IMG/VR virus record: IMGVR_UViG_3300033075_001228
Source: a virus
Taxonomy: Duplodnaviria; Caudoviricetes
DNA length: 64,000 nt
Reading direction: 5' to 3' (one strand)
Shown here: positions 8,898-18,084 of the stretch, one piece after another
How positions within the stretch are numbered: the stretch's first letter is position 1
Layout: the number at the start of each line of letters is the position of its first letter
Translations under genes and position numbers: made by a program
Notes under the pieces: model-generated
Told to the model about the DNA's origin: nothing
The model's input: only the letters and a program-made list of their open reading frames with translations
Databases searched by the model: none

Positions 8898-10760
8898 ATG
8901 ACCATCTACGAAGAAGCGCTAGCAGACGTCAAAAAGATGAAGGAAGTCGCTGAGGCAAACGCCAAGCGTTCTATCCTTGAGGCTGTGACGCCAAGGATCA
9001 GGAACCTTATTGAGAGCGAGCTGCTACGTGAGAACGGCGACGAGGCAACAGATTCATTGAGCGAAGATGAAGGCGGCGACGCCAAAGACAAGCTTCTGAA
9101 TGACATCGTTGATGCATCTGCGTCTGACCCTGACATTGCTGATGCAATCACGCCGCCTGACGCAGAAGGCAAGGTGACGTTGGACCTTGATGCGATGCAG
9201 CTTGATCAGGAGCCTAACGAAGAAGCGTCGGAGTACGAGCTAAGCAATGAGTCATTTGATGCGCTAGCGCCTGTTCTTAAGGCGTCTAGCATCGGTCGTG
9301 AACGTGAGTTTGAGCTCGCGGTGTTACGAACCGGTGAAGACATAAAGAGGTTTGTGGCGGCTGGTTCGTTGGTCAGGGAGTCCAAAGGGTTTCAAACTAA
9401 AATCAACGAGATGATTCAGCGCGTGGAGGATATGTATGACTACGTGCAGGAATCACTATCAGATCCTGCAAAGGGTTCATACGAAACTAAGTTAGAGTCA
9501 TACTTCAAGGAACTAAGCAAGCTCCAGGAGTCAAAAATGTCGATGAAGAAGCTAATGAATGAAGAAGATGTCACGTTGAAGCTCACCGGCCTTCCGGACG
9601 AGATTGATCTTGACTCTGTTGGCGTTGATCTGATCACTGGTGACGAGTCTGGCGACGACGCTGAGGGTGAAGACCTCGATGTTGACGTTGGTGACGATGC
9701 TGAGGGATCTGATGACTCTGGCGACTCTGGTGACTCTGACGACCTTGATCTTGGTGACCTTGACCTTGGCGGTGACGAGGGGTCGGAGGACAATGACGAG
9801 GAAGGCATGGGCGAGAGCCGTAGGCTGAGCGACAACACGATCGTTGAGATCGATAGCGGCATGCTTCGTCGTGAGATCAGGAGGATGCAACGCCTCCGCG
9901 AGGAAGCTGCTCCGTCTGTCGACGGAAACGGCGTCTCAAGCAAGGAATTTGACGACTTCGGAGATGCTTCTAGCGATGGTAATGCGCTTGATGTCAACAC
10001 GCTTGGGGAGTCAGACGAGGACCTCGAAGAGCTTGAGCTAGTCGATGAGGACGACATGGTCCAAGTTGGTGATCGACGCACCCGTAACGACAAAGGCGGC
10101 AGCGCAACGTCAGTTCCTAGCGTAGACAAGAGCAACCCAGGAATGGCTGCTGAGTCGCTTCGCCGAAGGGCACGTTTTGAGGCCCGCCTTCAGGAGCGTG
10201 CAAGGGCCCGAGCTGTCGCCCTCAAGAAGGAAGCAGCAAGCCCACGAAACAAGAACAACCATCGTAAGCTTGCGTTGCTGAAGCGAGAGTACGCTGCGGT
10301 TGCAAAGCGATTTAACGAGTCGCTTAAGCGCCAGAACAAGATTTCAACGTTGTTGGCAGAGTCTGCCAACCTCGTCAAAGGACGCACCAACAATGGTCGT
10401 CTTGCACGGACAGCGGAGAACCAGTCCGTCAAAATGCTCCGCGATGAGTTGGCAGAAGCAAATCTGATCAACGTGAAGCTGATGTTCACCAACAAGCTGC
10501 TGCAGAACGAGTCCTTGACACCGCGCCAGAAGGCACAGGTGATCGAGCAGCTCGATGCCGCACAGACCTCAAGGGAAGCCAAGCTTGTCTACGAGAGCCT
10601 GTCAAAGACGCTTGCTGGTCCAACATCAAAGTCCTTGAACGAGAACCGTGACCGTCGTGTCATCGGGTCTTCCTCTAGGGCTACGCAACCGGCCTCTACA
10701 CCAGCCTTGAACGAAGGATATGAGGCGGCTCGTTGGGCCAAGCTCGCAGGTATCAAGTGA
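8898..10760 (+). CDS. Prohead scaffold/core protein (gp22-like role)
   Basis: Immediately upstream of MCP; very acidic middle region, coiled-coil C-terminus ending RWAKLAGIK; many L-x-E potential protease sites. Confidence 0.75.
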   Translation: MTIYEEALADVKKMKEVAEANAKRSILEAVTPRIRNLIESELLRENGDEATDSLSEDEGGDAKDKLLNDIVDASASDPDIADAITPPDAEGKVTLDLDAMQLDQEPNEEASEYELSNESFDALAPVLKASSIGREREFELAVLRTGEDIKRFVAAGSLVRESKGFQTKINEMIQRVEDMYDYVQESLSDPAKGSYETKLESYFKELSKLQESKMSMKKLMNEEDVTLKLTGLPDEIDLDSVGVDLITGDESGDDAEGEDLDVDVGDDAEGSDDSGDSGDSDDLDLGDLDLGGDEGSEDNDEEGMGESRRLSDNTIVEIDSGMLRREIRRMQRLREEAAPSVDGNGVSSKEFDDFGDASSDGNALDVNTLGESDEDLEELELVDEDDMVQVGDRRTRNDKGGSATSVPSVDKSNPGMAAESLRRRARFEARLQERARARAVALKKEAASPRNKNNHRKLALLKREYAAVAKRFNESLKRQNKISTLLAESANLVKGRTNNGRLARTAENQSVKMLRDELAEANLINVKLMFTNKLLQNESLTPRQKAQVIEQLDAAQTSREAKLVYESLSKTLAGPTSKSLNENRDRRVIGSSSRATQPASTPALNEGYEAARWAKLAGIK

Positions 10761-10810
10761 GCCAGGCTTTTTGATTTGATTTCATACCAAACACGAAAGA
10801 AAAGGACACA

Positions 10811-12706
10811 ATGAAGTTTTTCACTATCGATCAGTTGGCAGCTGGCATCAAGGACCGCCACGTCGGCGCCGAGCGTGCTCGCCTTGTTGAGAAGTGGAGC
10901 CGCACCGGCCTGCTTCGCGGCCTCGACGGCAACAGGCGTGAGACGATGGCACAGCTGCTTGAGAACCAGGCAGCACAGGTCCTCAAGGAGTCAAACGCTT
11001 TGTCGACCGGCGGCGGTGCGCTTGCATCGTCCGGACAGGTCCAGGGCTTCTCGAACATCGCTTTCCCGATCGTTCGACGCGTGTTCGGCGGCCTTGTCGC
11101 CAACGAGCTCATCTCGATCCAGACGATGTCCCTGCCTTCAGGCCTCATCTTCTACATCGACTACACCTATGGTTCGAACGTAGGCACCACGCAGTCAGAC
11201 TCAGGCACGTTTGAGACGTACTCTCGCGGCCAGTCGATCTACAACAACCCAGCGGGCCGCGGCGTGCAGTCAGGCTCTTTGGCGACCGGCGGTATGTACG
11301 ACCTCGTCAACGTCGGCTACACCAAGGTCCACTCTGGAACCATGGGCGTCTCCGGTAGCACCGCAGACGTCGGTGCATGGGGCGGCGTCAACGGCGATAC
11401 CTGGTCTTCAGGCCTTGTCCTCTCGGACTCTAGCCAGATGTCAGGCACCAACGGACGTATGTTGGGCTACGATCCTCAGGTCGAGGTTGACCTCGGTTCG
11501 AACGTTCTTGACGTTACCTTTGCACACCTGTCTGTTTCTCAGATCCAGACTGTGATTCCAAAGGGTGACTTCCTCGCTGTTGAGCAGATCTCGATCTTTG
11601 CGTTTGCAACGACCAATGGTGCAGTCGCATGGGGCGAGAGCTACCAGTCAGGCCGCGGCGTCATGAACCTTCGCCGCCTCAACAAGCGCGGAAACTGGAG
11701 CGGCTCGGTCTTCACGCCGGCTCCGCTCAACGGAACGCACATCCAGGTGGTCCTTAGGATCACCCCAGGCAGCACGGTTCCGGTCCTTGGCGCGACCACG
11801 AGGCTAAGCATGGCAATCGCTGACGAGGTTCAGCGTACTGACGGCACTGCGGGCGGCATCGGCTCGACCTTGACTGTTCCGTCGTTCGAGTCTGACTTTG
11901 GTACGTCACCGACCCCGGTGATCCCAGAGATCGACATCAAGATCGAGTCGATCGCAATCACCGCTACGTCGCGAAAGCTGCGTGCAAGGTGGTCGCCGGA
12001 AATGGCACAGGACCTCAACGCGTACCACGCCCTGGACGCCGAGGTCGAGCTGACCAGCATCCTCAGCGAGCAGATCGCTCTCGAGATTGACCGAGAGATC
12101 CTCAACGACCTGGTACTCCAGGCAAACGGCGCGAACATGTACTGGAGCCGTGCACCGGGCAGGTTCGTCAACAAGCTGACCGGCCAGGCACAGACCTTGG
12201 CATCAAGCCTCAGCATCGGTCCGCAGTTCACCGGCACCATCCGTGAGTGGTATGAGGGCCTGATCGAGACCGTCATCGACGTGGCAAACACCATCCATCG
12301 TAAGACCTTCCGAGGCTCTGCGAACTTCATGGTGACTGGCCCAGACGTCTGCACCATCCTGGAGAGCTCTGTGCTCTACAAGCCGAAGTTTTCGCTCGAC
12401 GGCGAAGGCCAGGTCGGTTCTCCGTTTACCATCGGAGCCGAGGCGATCGGCACGGTGTCGAACAGGTTCACGGTCTACAAGGATCCTTACTTCCCAAGGA
12501 ACAAGATCCTCGTCGGCTACAAGGGCGGAAGCTACCTGGAGACAGGCTATGTGTACGCTCCGTACGTCCCGCTGATCGTCACGCCGACGATCTTCGCTCC
12601 GGAGGACTTCACGCCTCGTAAGGGTGTGATGACCAGGTACGGAAAGAAAATGGTCAGGAGTGACTTTTATGGGACTGTGACCGTACTTGACATGAACATA
12701 ATTTAA
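10811..12706 (+). CDS. gp23: Major capsid protein (T4 gp23-like)
   Basis: QLLENQ, FPIVRRVF, RKLRARWSPEMAQDLNAYH, ALEIDREI, GYVYAPYVPL, PRKGVMTRYG; strong C/G third-position codon bias. Confidence 0.97.
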   Translation: MKFFTIDQLAAGIKDRHVGAERARLVEKWSRTGLLRGLDGNRRETMAQLLENQAAQVLKESNALSTGGGALASSGQVQGFSNIAFPIVRRVFGGLVANELISIQTMSLPSGLIFYIDYTYGSNVGTTQSDSGTFETYSRGQSIYNNPAGRGVQSGSLATGGMYDLVNVGYTKVHSGTMGVSGSTADVGAWGGVNGDTWSSGLVLSDSSQMSGTNGRMLGYDPQVEVDLGSNVLDVTFAHLSVSQIQTVIPKGDFLAVEQISIFAFATTNGAVAWGESYQSGRGVMNLRRLNKRGNWSGSVFTPAPLNGTHIQVVLRITPGSTVPVLGATTRLSMAIADEVQRTDGTAGGIGSTLTVPSFESDFGTSPTPVIPEIDIKIESIAITATSRKLRARWSPEMAQDLNAYHALDAEVELTSILSEQIALEIDREILNDLVLQANGANMYWSRAPGRFVNKLTGQAQTLASSLSIGPQFTGTIREWYEGLIETVIDVANTIHRKTFRGSANFMVTGPDVCTILESSVLYKPKFSLDGEGQVGSPFTIGAEAIGTVSNRFTVYKDPYFPRNKILVGYKGGSYLETGYVYAPYVPLIVTPTIFAPEDFTPRKGVMTRYGKKMVRSDFYGTVTVLDMNII

Positions 12707-12760
12707 TTGAACGTTATCAACCACTTAAGTGTGGTTGATATGGTCAATTGAGACTAGCTT

Positions 12761-12792
12761 GAAGGCCCTATAAACGTAGGGCTTTCGCTTTT
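12761..12792 (+). terminator. Rho-independent terminator after MCP
   Basis: Stem GAAGGCCCTA/TAGGGCTTTC followed by GCTTTT. Confidence 0.65.
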
Positions 12793-12836
12793 ATATTCAG
12801 TAAACAATCAACTGTAAAAGTGTTATGGTATAAACC

Positions 12837-13763
12837 ATGGAAGATAGAACCTGTAGGGAGTGCAACGAGGTGTTCAATGATCCTGAGCAAGTCAGGCGTC
12901 ACTTAAGAAAACATGGGATGACGTTTCAGCAATACTCGCTCCGACATTTTTATGGAGGTGTAGAGCCAACCTGTAGGTGTGGTTGTGGCCAAAAAACGGC
13001 TTGGAATGTGGCATCAAAAGGCTACGCTGAACACATACTAGGTCACCATGCATGGGGACGAAAGAAATCAGACGATGAAAAGCGTCGTATTGGTGAGAAG
13101 AACGCTGCCAATATGAAACGATTTTATGAAGAACACCCTGAACTTGCTGAAGCTCAAGCTTCTTTGATGAGACAACATTTGACACCAGAAATTGAAGAGC
13201 AACGCATTGAAGCAACTCGCCAAGCATACGCAGCCATGTCAAGTGCCGATAAACAAAGTTTTCGTGATAGAACGCGGCAACGCTGGATTGCTGGTGAGAT
13301 GAATGAGCCGCACGCAAAGGCAGCAGAAACATTCAAACAGAAGTCAACTAATGGTGATTACGATTTCTCAGAGCGGAACGAGAAGCTATCGAAAGTCATC
13401 TCTCAGAAATACGTCGATGGCACGTGGGAGTTTACAAAGGGTACATACGTCTCGACTAAATCTGGTCGCGAGTGCTACTATCGTTCCTCGTGGGAGTTGC
13501 TACTGATGCAGGAGTTGGATATTGATCCTGATGTCGCTGATTGGGAGAGCGAGTTCACATCAATTCCGTACGTATTTGATGGTTCACAACATCGCTATGT
13601 TCCAGACTTCAAGGTTGTGAGATCAGCGATCACACAGATCGTGGAGGTCAAGCCAAAGAACTTACGAAATATAGAGCGTAACATCGCTAAGCGTCAAGCA
13701 GCGCTAGCATATTGTGAGCGATTGGGGTGGCAGTATGTTGAGTGGGAACCAGCGACGAATTGA
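12837..13763 (+). CDS. TnsA-like PD-(D/E)XK endonuclease with N-terminal C2H2 finger and CxCGC module (probable free-standing homing endonuclease)
   Basis: CREC...HLRKH, PTCRCGCG, YRSSWE, HRYVPDF, VEVKP. Confidence 0.75.
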   Translation: MEDRTCRECNEVFNDPEQVRRHLRKHGMTFQQYSLRHFYGGVEPTCRCGCGQKTAWNVASKGYAEHILGHHAWGRKKSDDEKRRIGEKNAANMKRFYEEHPELAEAQASLMRQHLTPEIEEQRIEATRQAYAAMSSADKQSFRDRTRQRWIAGEMNEPHAKAAETFKQKSTNGDYDFSERNEKLSKVISQKYVDGTWEFTKGTYVSTKSGRECYYRSSWELLLMQELDIDPDVADWESEFTSIPYVFDGSQHRYVPDFKVVRSAITQIVEVKPKNLRNIERNIAKRQAALAYCERLGWQYVEWEPATN

Positions 13764-13795
13764 AATGCTGCGCGTCGTCTGGGTCTGACAACGGG

Positions 13796-14434
13796 ATGGG
13801 TCGCCTGAAGGGCGAATTATCACCCAACTTCGGACAAAGGAGAACCGCTGAGCAGCTCAAGAATTATTCGGAGGGCTCACGGAAGCGATGGGAACGGCAC
13901 GGTGAGAAGCTACGTGCCATGATGCAGACGCCTGAATATAAGCATTCCCAAACAATTGCTCAACGAAAATCGTGGGAAAATTCACCTGATCGTCGAATCA
14001 AAACTGCTTTTAGCGTCAGACGTTTCTGGTCATCCGACTCAGAGCTGACGAAACACCGCCGCCGTGAGGCGTCAGACCGAGCAATCGCCCTGCTCGAGGA
14101 GAACAAGATCGGGCCTCGTGCACCGTTCAAACAGATGTGGGTCGACAACCCATTCACGGGCAAGGAGGAGTTCATGCACTCGAGCTGGGAGACGGGCTTC
14201 CTGATGAGGTGCATCCACGAGGGCTACCCAGTCACCAAGGCACACGGCATCGTCATCGACTACCAGCAGGCTGACGGCTCATGGCACCGCTACCTGCCGG
14301 ACTTCAAGTCGATCGAGGAGAACGTCCTGTTCGAGGTCAAGGGCAACCTAACGGAGAACGACGAGCTCAAGCTCCGTGCCGCTGAGGCCTTAGGCTATGA
14401 AGTCGTCCTGGTTCGGGATACTTACGAACAGTGA
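13796..14434 (+). CDS. Second TnsA-like PD-(D/E)XK endonuclease
   Basis: MHSSWE, HRYLPDF, FEVKG; NUMOD3-like GELSPNFG near the start. Start uncertain (13742 GTG or 13796 ATG). Confidence 0.7.
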   Translation: MGRLKGELSPNFGQRRTAEQLKNYSEGSRKRWERHGEKLRAMMQTPEYKHSQTIAQRKSWENSPDRRIKTAFSVRRFWSSDSELTKHRRREASDRAIALLEENKIGPRAPFKQMWVDNPFTGKEEFMHSSWETGFLMRCIHEGYPVTKAHGIVIDYQQADGSWHRYLPDFKSIEENVLFEVKGNLTENDELKLRAAEALGYEVVLVRDTYEQ

Positions 14435-14563
14435 TGGTTCGTTTAGGTTAGTTTCATTGGCTTTGCATGAGCTAGCAACCATTTGATGACTTGTAAACCG
14501 ACATCGTTCATATGATTTGGTTCGATGACGATACTTAGCAGAGGCTAGGACAGGAGAAAGACG

Positions 14564-15031
14564 ATGGCACAGGTTGGTAACAGGGGTTTCATTGACGACG
14601 GCAGCTCAAACCTGACCGTCGCTGGTTCGACGACGACTACTTCTCTTTTGAACAACCCATTGACCCTCGCGGGCAGCGGGACGGTGTCGATCAGCTCACC
14701 AGCGTTTTACTACGTTCCTGCGTCCGGGGCGTCCGGCATGGGGTACTTCACCGGTTCAGTGCCGGCGCCGTCATCCTGCCCAGGTTCAATGTTGATGATC
14801 ACGGACACATACGGCCTGTTCAACTGGTTGCTGACAGGATCAGCGTACCAGAACGGCAAGGCCTTGTTCGTTCGTCCTTCTGGCTCGTTCCCTGGCATTG
14901 CTGTGTCGGCCCTTGGCGGCGGCACCGTCAGCATCCAACCGAGCGGTTCGATCATGATGATGTCAGACGGGTTCCGTTGGTGCATCATCGGCGGCACCGG
15001 CTCCTTCTCGCTGGCCGGCAACAACCTCTGA
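14564..15031 (+). CDS. Hypothetical virion/decoration protein, (S/T)GS-rich
   Basis: Strong RBS AGGAG; ATACTTA at 14531; followed by a terminator. Confidence 0.7.
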   Translation: MAQVGNRGFIDDGSSNLTVAGSTTTTSLLNNPLTLAGSGTVSISSPAFYYVPASGASGMGYFTGSVPAPSSCPGSMLMITDTYGLFNWLLTGSAYQNGKALFVRPSGSFPGIAVSALGGGTVSIQPSGSIMMMSDGFRWCIIGGTGSFSLAGNNL

Positions 15032-15055
15032 TCTAACACCTCGGGGTGTTTGGTG

Positions 15056-15092
15056 GCCCGCTGGTCTTCTTTTGGCCAGCGGGCAGGGTTTT
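15056..15092 (+). terminator. Rho-independent terminator
   Basis: Stem GCCCGCTGGTC/GGCCAGCGGGC followed by AGGGTTTT. Confidence 0.6.
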
Positions 15093-15124
15093 ATATTCAA
15101 TCCCGTAAAAAGTTTTCTGGTCCT

Positions 15125-15153
15125 TGTACACGGTTCCTGTGCCGTGTTACTGT
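15125..15153 (+). promoter_or_regulatory. Sigma70-like promoter TGTACA-N17-TACTGT
   Basis: Similar boxes at 40557-40585, 43252-43280, 56337-56365, 57572-57599 and 58473-58501, mostly before non-structural genes. Confidence 0.5.
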
Positions 15154-15210
15154 CTTCTTACTCGGTGAGGCAATGTTCTCATCGATGAAATGAGCATTTG
15201 GAGACAATAC

Positions 15211-15486
15211 ATGAACGACCAGACCAGAAACAAGAACGCCCGCATCGCGACCCGTACCGACAAGACCGGAAAGCTTCGTACTGAGACCCAGCGACGCGAC
15301 ATCGATTCGCCGCGCATGGCGGTCTCGACTGACAAGCGAAACAACAGCACCAACCTGTTCATCGACTTTCCGCAGTTTGACGGCGACGATGTCCGATACG
15401 TCCGGTTCAACGGCCGTGAGGCACGCTCGCTCTATCGCCTGCTTCGTAAGCACTACGGCCAGGCTGGCAAGTCACGTACCGCCTGA
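15211..15486 (+). CDS. Small basic hypothetical protein
   Basis: ATG 15211 with RBS GGAGA; flanked by its own promoter and terminator. Confidence 0.7.
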   Translation: MNDQTRNKNARIATRTDKTGKLRTETQRRDIDSPRMAVSTDKRNNSTNLFIDFPQFDGDDVRYVRFNGREARSLYRLLRKHYGQAGKSRTA

Positions 15487-15510
15487 TCAACACCAACGTA
15501 TGAGGCACAT

Positions 15511-15539
15511 GCCGGCTGCGTAGCTGCAGCCGGCTTTTT
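15511..15539 (+). terminator. Rho-independent terminator
   Basis: Stem GCCGGCTGC/GCAGCCGGC followed by TTTTT. Confidence 0.75.
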
Positions 15540-15557
15540 CTGTCAGGAGAACCAGCA

Positions 15558-16133
15558 ATGAAGCTGACAAAACGTGATGCACTTGCGCTTAGCAACCTGT
15601 TTGCTGTACACCAAACGCGATGGAGCCTTCCTCAGTGTCTCTTTGAGCTTCGTGACAGCCTCGAGGCGTACCTGCTAGGCGATCACAGTCAAATCTCTGA
15701 CGAAGAGCTTGATGAGCTGTGCATTGACGAGGAAGGAGCAAACGCTGCATCCTTTGACGATGATGATTTTGTCATCACGGAAGATGACGATAACCTTAAG
15801 AAGATGCCTTTTCTTTCGGCATCTGCGCTTGCTAAGCTTGACACCTGTCGCGCCAAGGTGATCGGCTCGTCAGTCGACGATCCTGATGTGACCGTGGCGT
15901 TGGGTTTTGCCCAGGGCAAAAACGGCAGGTGTCGCTTAACGATCAACACTGTCAAACACGGGTCGTCTAACACGGTTGTGTTTTTTCCAATGATGTTAAG
16001 TCGTGACGGCAGCTCATTCAGCTTTGCTGAAAAGGTCGGCGCCGGCAACGCGTGGCACACCTTCCACGTTTCAAAGTTCCCGCGCTCTTGGACAAAGCTG
16101 CTGGCACCTAACGTTACCTACGAAGTCAAATGA
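15558..16133 (+). CDS. Hypothetical protein
   Basis: RBS AGGAG; ATGA overlap with the next gene. Confidence 0.7.
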   Translation: MKLTKRDALALSNLFAVHQTRWSLPQCLFELRDSLEAYLLGDHSQISDEELDELCIDEEGANAASFDDDDFVITEDDDNLKKMPFLSASALAKLDTCRAKVIGSSVDDPDVTVALGFAQGKNGRCRLTINTVKHGSSNTVVFFPMMLSRDGSSFSFAEKVGAGNAWHTFHVSKFPRSWTKLLAPNVTYEVK

Positions 16134-16507
16134 AGCTAACCTTAAATCCCAAAGAGCAGCTGGCGCTATACGGCTACCTTCACCTTAAGCTAGGAAGCAA
16201 GGCTGATTCGTCTGATCCTGAGACCGTGCACCTGCAGCAGGTGTACCTGCGTCTTAGGTCGGCGATCGTGTCGAGCCTCGCAAGCTGCGACAATGTAAAC
16301 GACTTTGACGTCTGGATGAAGGTGCAACAGGCCAAACTGGCGCTCCTTGACAATTCCTCCGACAAACAGAAGGAAACCCCCGCAGGGCCCTCCACGCCGG
16401 CGCCTAGTGACATCTTGACTGACGATGAGGATGAGCTCGCGAGCGGTTCATACCCAAAGCCACAACGAACGTCATCGCCTGGGAAACATCGGCCTAAGAA
16501 AAGGTGA
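16130..16507 (+). CDS. Hypothetical protein
   Basis: Translationally coupled to the upstream ORF. Confidence 0.65.
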   Translation: MKLTLNPKEQLALYGYLHLKLGSKADSSDPETVHLQQVYLRLRSAIVSSLASCDNVNDFDVWMKVQQAKLALLDNSSDKQKETPAGPSTPAPSDILTDDEDELASGSYPKPQRTSSPGKHRPKKR

Positions 16508-16580
16508 AACCTCGACCCAGGATGTTGTATCTATAGATCAAAAGGAGATAGGACAAGTCAGGCCTGTTTTCACCTTTTAT

Positions 16581-16937
16581 GGGGGCGAAAAGGTTTCGAC
16601 GTGGCACAAAGATCCATTGCAGCAGGCACCGGTGCACGAGGGTCGGTTAAAACCCAAGTGAACGTTAGTTGCCAACGATAACGGCATCGTTTCCCTCGCC
16701 CACGCGGCCTGAGGGATTGGGTGTCCTGGTCGACCTCGAAACAGAATGACCGGGTGGCGCCAGCCGACGCTGGCAAAAACGTCGCCGGACGCTAAACGGA
16801 ACGTCTCACGGCCGAGACAGACGCTAAACAGTACGACCTAGCCTTGCCCGAAGGCGATCAAAGAGAGGGCCAAGCCTGTGGATGATGTGGTGGGACGGCG
16901 TGTTGCGGACGTGGGTTCGACTCCCACCGCTTCCACC
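16581..16937 (+). ncRNA. ssrA: tmRNA (one-piece); tag ORF 16671-16712 encodes ANDNGIVSLAHAA*
   Basis: 5' GGGGGCGAAAAGGTTTCGAC; 3' T-arm GTGGGTTCGACTCCCAC plus acceptor CGCTTCC-A-CC with a G3:U70 pair; internal tag reading frame ending in AA-stop; about 357 nt. Confidence 0.95.
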
Positions 16938-16973
16938 GTGTTTTAATTGAACGCTTTCAACGTATGAACAGAC

Positions 16974-17240
16974 GTGAGCAAAAGGTCAAAAGACCGATCG
17001 AAATCTAAGATCATGAGAAGGCCTAACGAGCAGCGTAACGCTGAGCTAATCCGTGTCCTTTCGCAGGATGTGTCAGGCATGGTTTTGAGCATGGCGTTTA
17101 AGGTTGTTACGTCAAACGGCTTTAAGCTACACGTCCACAGCCTGAACGGTGAACGCAGGAGTAGGCTCGTTGAGCACGACATGCTCAGGATCAACGTTGA
17201 GGTGACCGCAGGAATAGTTCGAAAGGCTTGGGTAGGCTGA
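16974..17240 (+). CDS. Hypothetical protein
   Basis: 88 aa ORF; C-terminal RINVEV..GIVRKAWVG. Confidence 0.5.
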   Translation: MSKRSKDRSKSKIMRRPNEQRNAELIRVLSQDVSGMVLSMAFKVVTSNGFKLHVHSLNGERRSRLVEHDMLRINVEVTAGIVRKAWVG

Positions 17241-17271
17241 GCCGTGGTATACATAACGGAGGGTACAAAGC

Positions 17272-17451
17272 ATGTCTGCAACAACTGAGGCGCTTTACGA
17301 CAAGATTCGTCAGCTTGAGAACGAGATCAAAGTGATCACTGAGTCAGGGCACGATCCAAAGGTTGCGCGAGACCTGCTCAAGCAGCTACAGGAGCAGCTA
17401 CGCTCGGCAAACGAGGCCTTGACGGAAGGCAAGACCCTGCTAAAAGGTTGA
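17272..17451 (+). CDS. Small coiled-coil protein, 59 aa (not in the ORF track)
   Basis: MSATTEALYDKIRQLENEIK...LTEGKTLLKG*; RBS GGAGGG; ATACATA motif at 17249. Confidence 0.7.
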   Translation: MSATTEALYDKIRQLENEIKVITESGHDPKVARDLLKQLQEQLRSANEALTEGKTLLKG

Positions 17452-17490
17452 CCTTTACCTTAGACAAGCGTGTTGGTTACCATCTAACCG

Positions 17491-18084
17491 ATGGCACCAC
17501 ACGGCTACATTCCTTTAATCAAGCAGAGACTTTACGCATCTGAGAGGCCCTCATTTCTGGAGGTCGGCGTCGACCGAGGCGTAACGTTTCTGTCGGTTGC
17601 TACGTTTTTGGCTCGGACAAAGCCTCAGTTTGTTGCTGTCGGCGTTGATGTCCTTGTTCAGGAGGCAACGCAGCTGCTCCTTAACAACCTTGACCTCCAG
17701 CAAGGGCAACAGGCATACCTCGTTAACGGTAACAGCCTTAGCGTCTTGCCGCAGATGGTCGAGCAGAAGATGAAGTTTGACGTCATTGTTCTTGACGGTG
17801 ACCACAACTATCACACTGTCTCAAACGAGCTCCGGCACGTCGCTGCGCTTCTAGGCGACAACGGAACAATCATCATTGATGACTATGACGGTAGGTGGTC
17901 TGAGAGGGACCTCTGGTACGCCGAGCGCCTCGGCTATGAAAATGTCATAGACACGACAAAGAAGGTTGAGACAGAAAAACACGGGGTCCGCCCTGCCGTT
18001 GATGAATGGCTAAGCGAGAACCCATCGTGGCGTCTCAGCAAGCCTATTCAAGGTGAGCCTGTCGTTTTGTCGAGGCTGGCATGA
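17491..18084 (+). CDS. Class I SAM-dependent methyltransferase (Methyltransf_24-like)
   Basis: FLEVGVDRG motif I, FDVIVLDGDH, GTIIIDDY, GVRPAVDEW. Confidence 0.85.
   Translation: MAPHGYIPLIKQRLYASERPSFLEVGVDRGVTFLSVATFLARTKPQFVAVGVDVLVQEATQLLLNNLDLQQGQQAYLVNGNSLSVLPQMVEQKMKFDVIVLDGDHNYHTVSNELRHVAALLGDNGTIIIDDYDGRWSERDLWYAERLGYENVIDTTKKVETEKHGVRPAVDEWLSENPSWRLSKPIQGEPVVLSRLA

Noticed and set aside
9440-10135. 231-aa Ser-rich minus-strand ORF
   Set aside because: Antisense shadow of the Asp/Glu-rich scaffold codons.
15558-16507. MKLT-starting ORFs as members of the capsid-targeting motif family
   Set aside because: Only the first residues match; they lack the LRxLIxE helix and the late-promoter motif.
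16905-16937. T-arm and acceptor suggesting a tRNA gene
   Set aside because: No D or anticodon arm; it pairs with 16581-16587 as the tmRNA 3' end.
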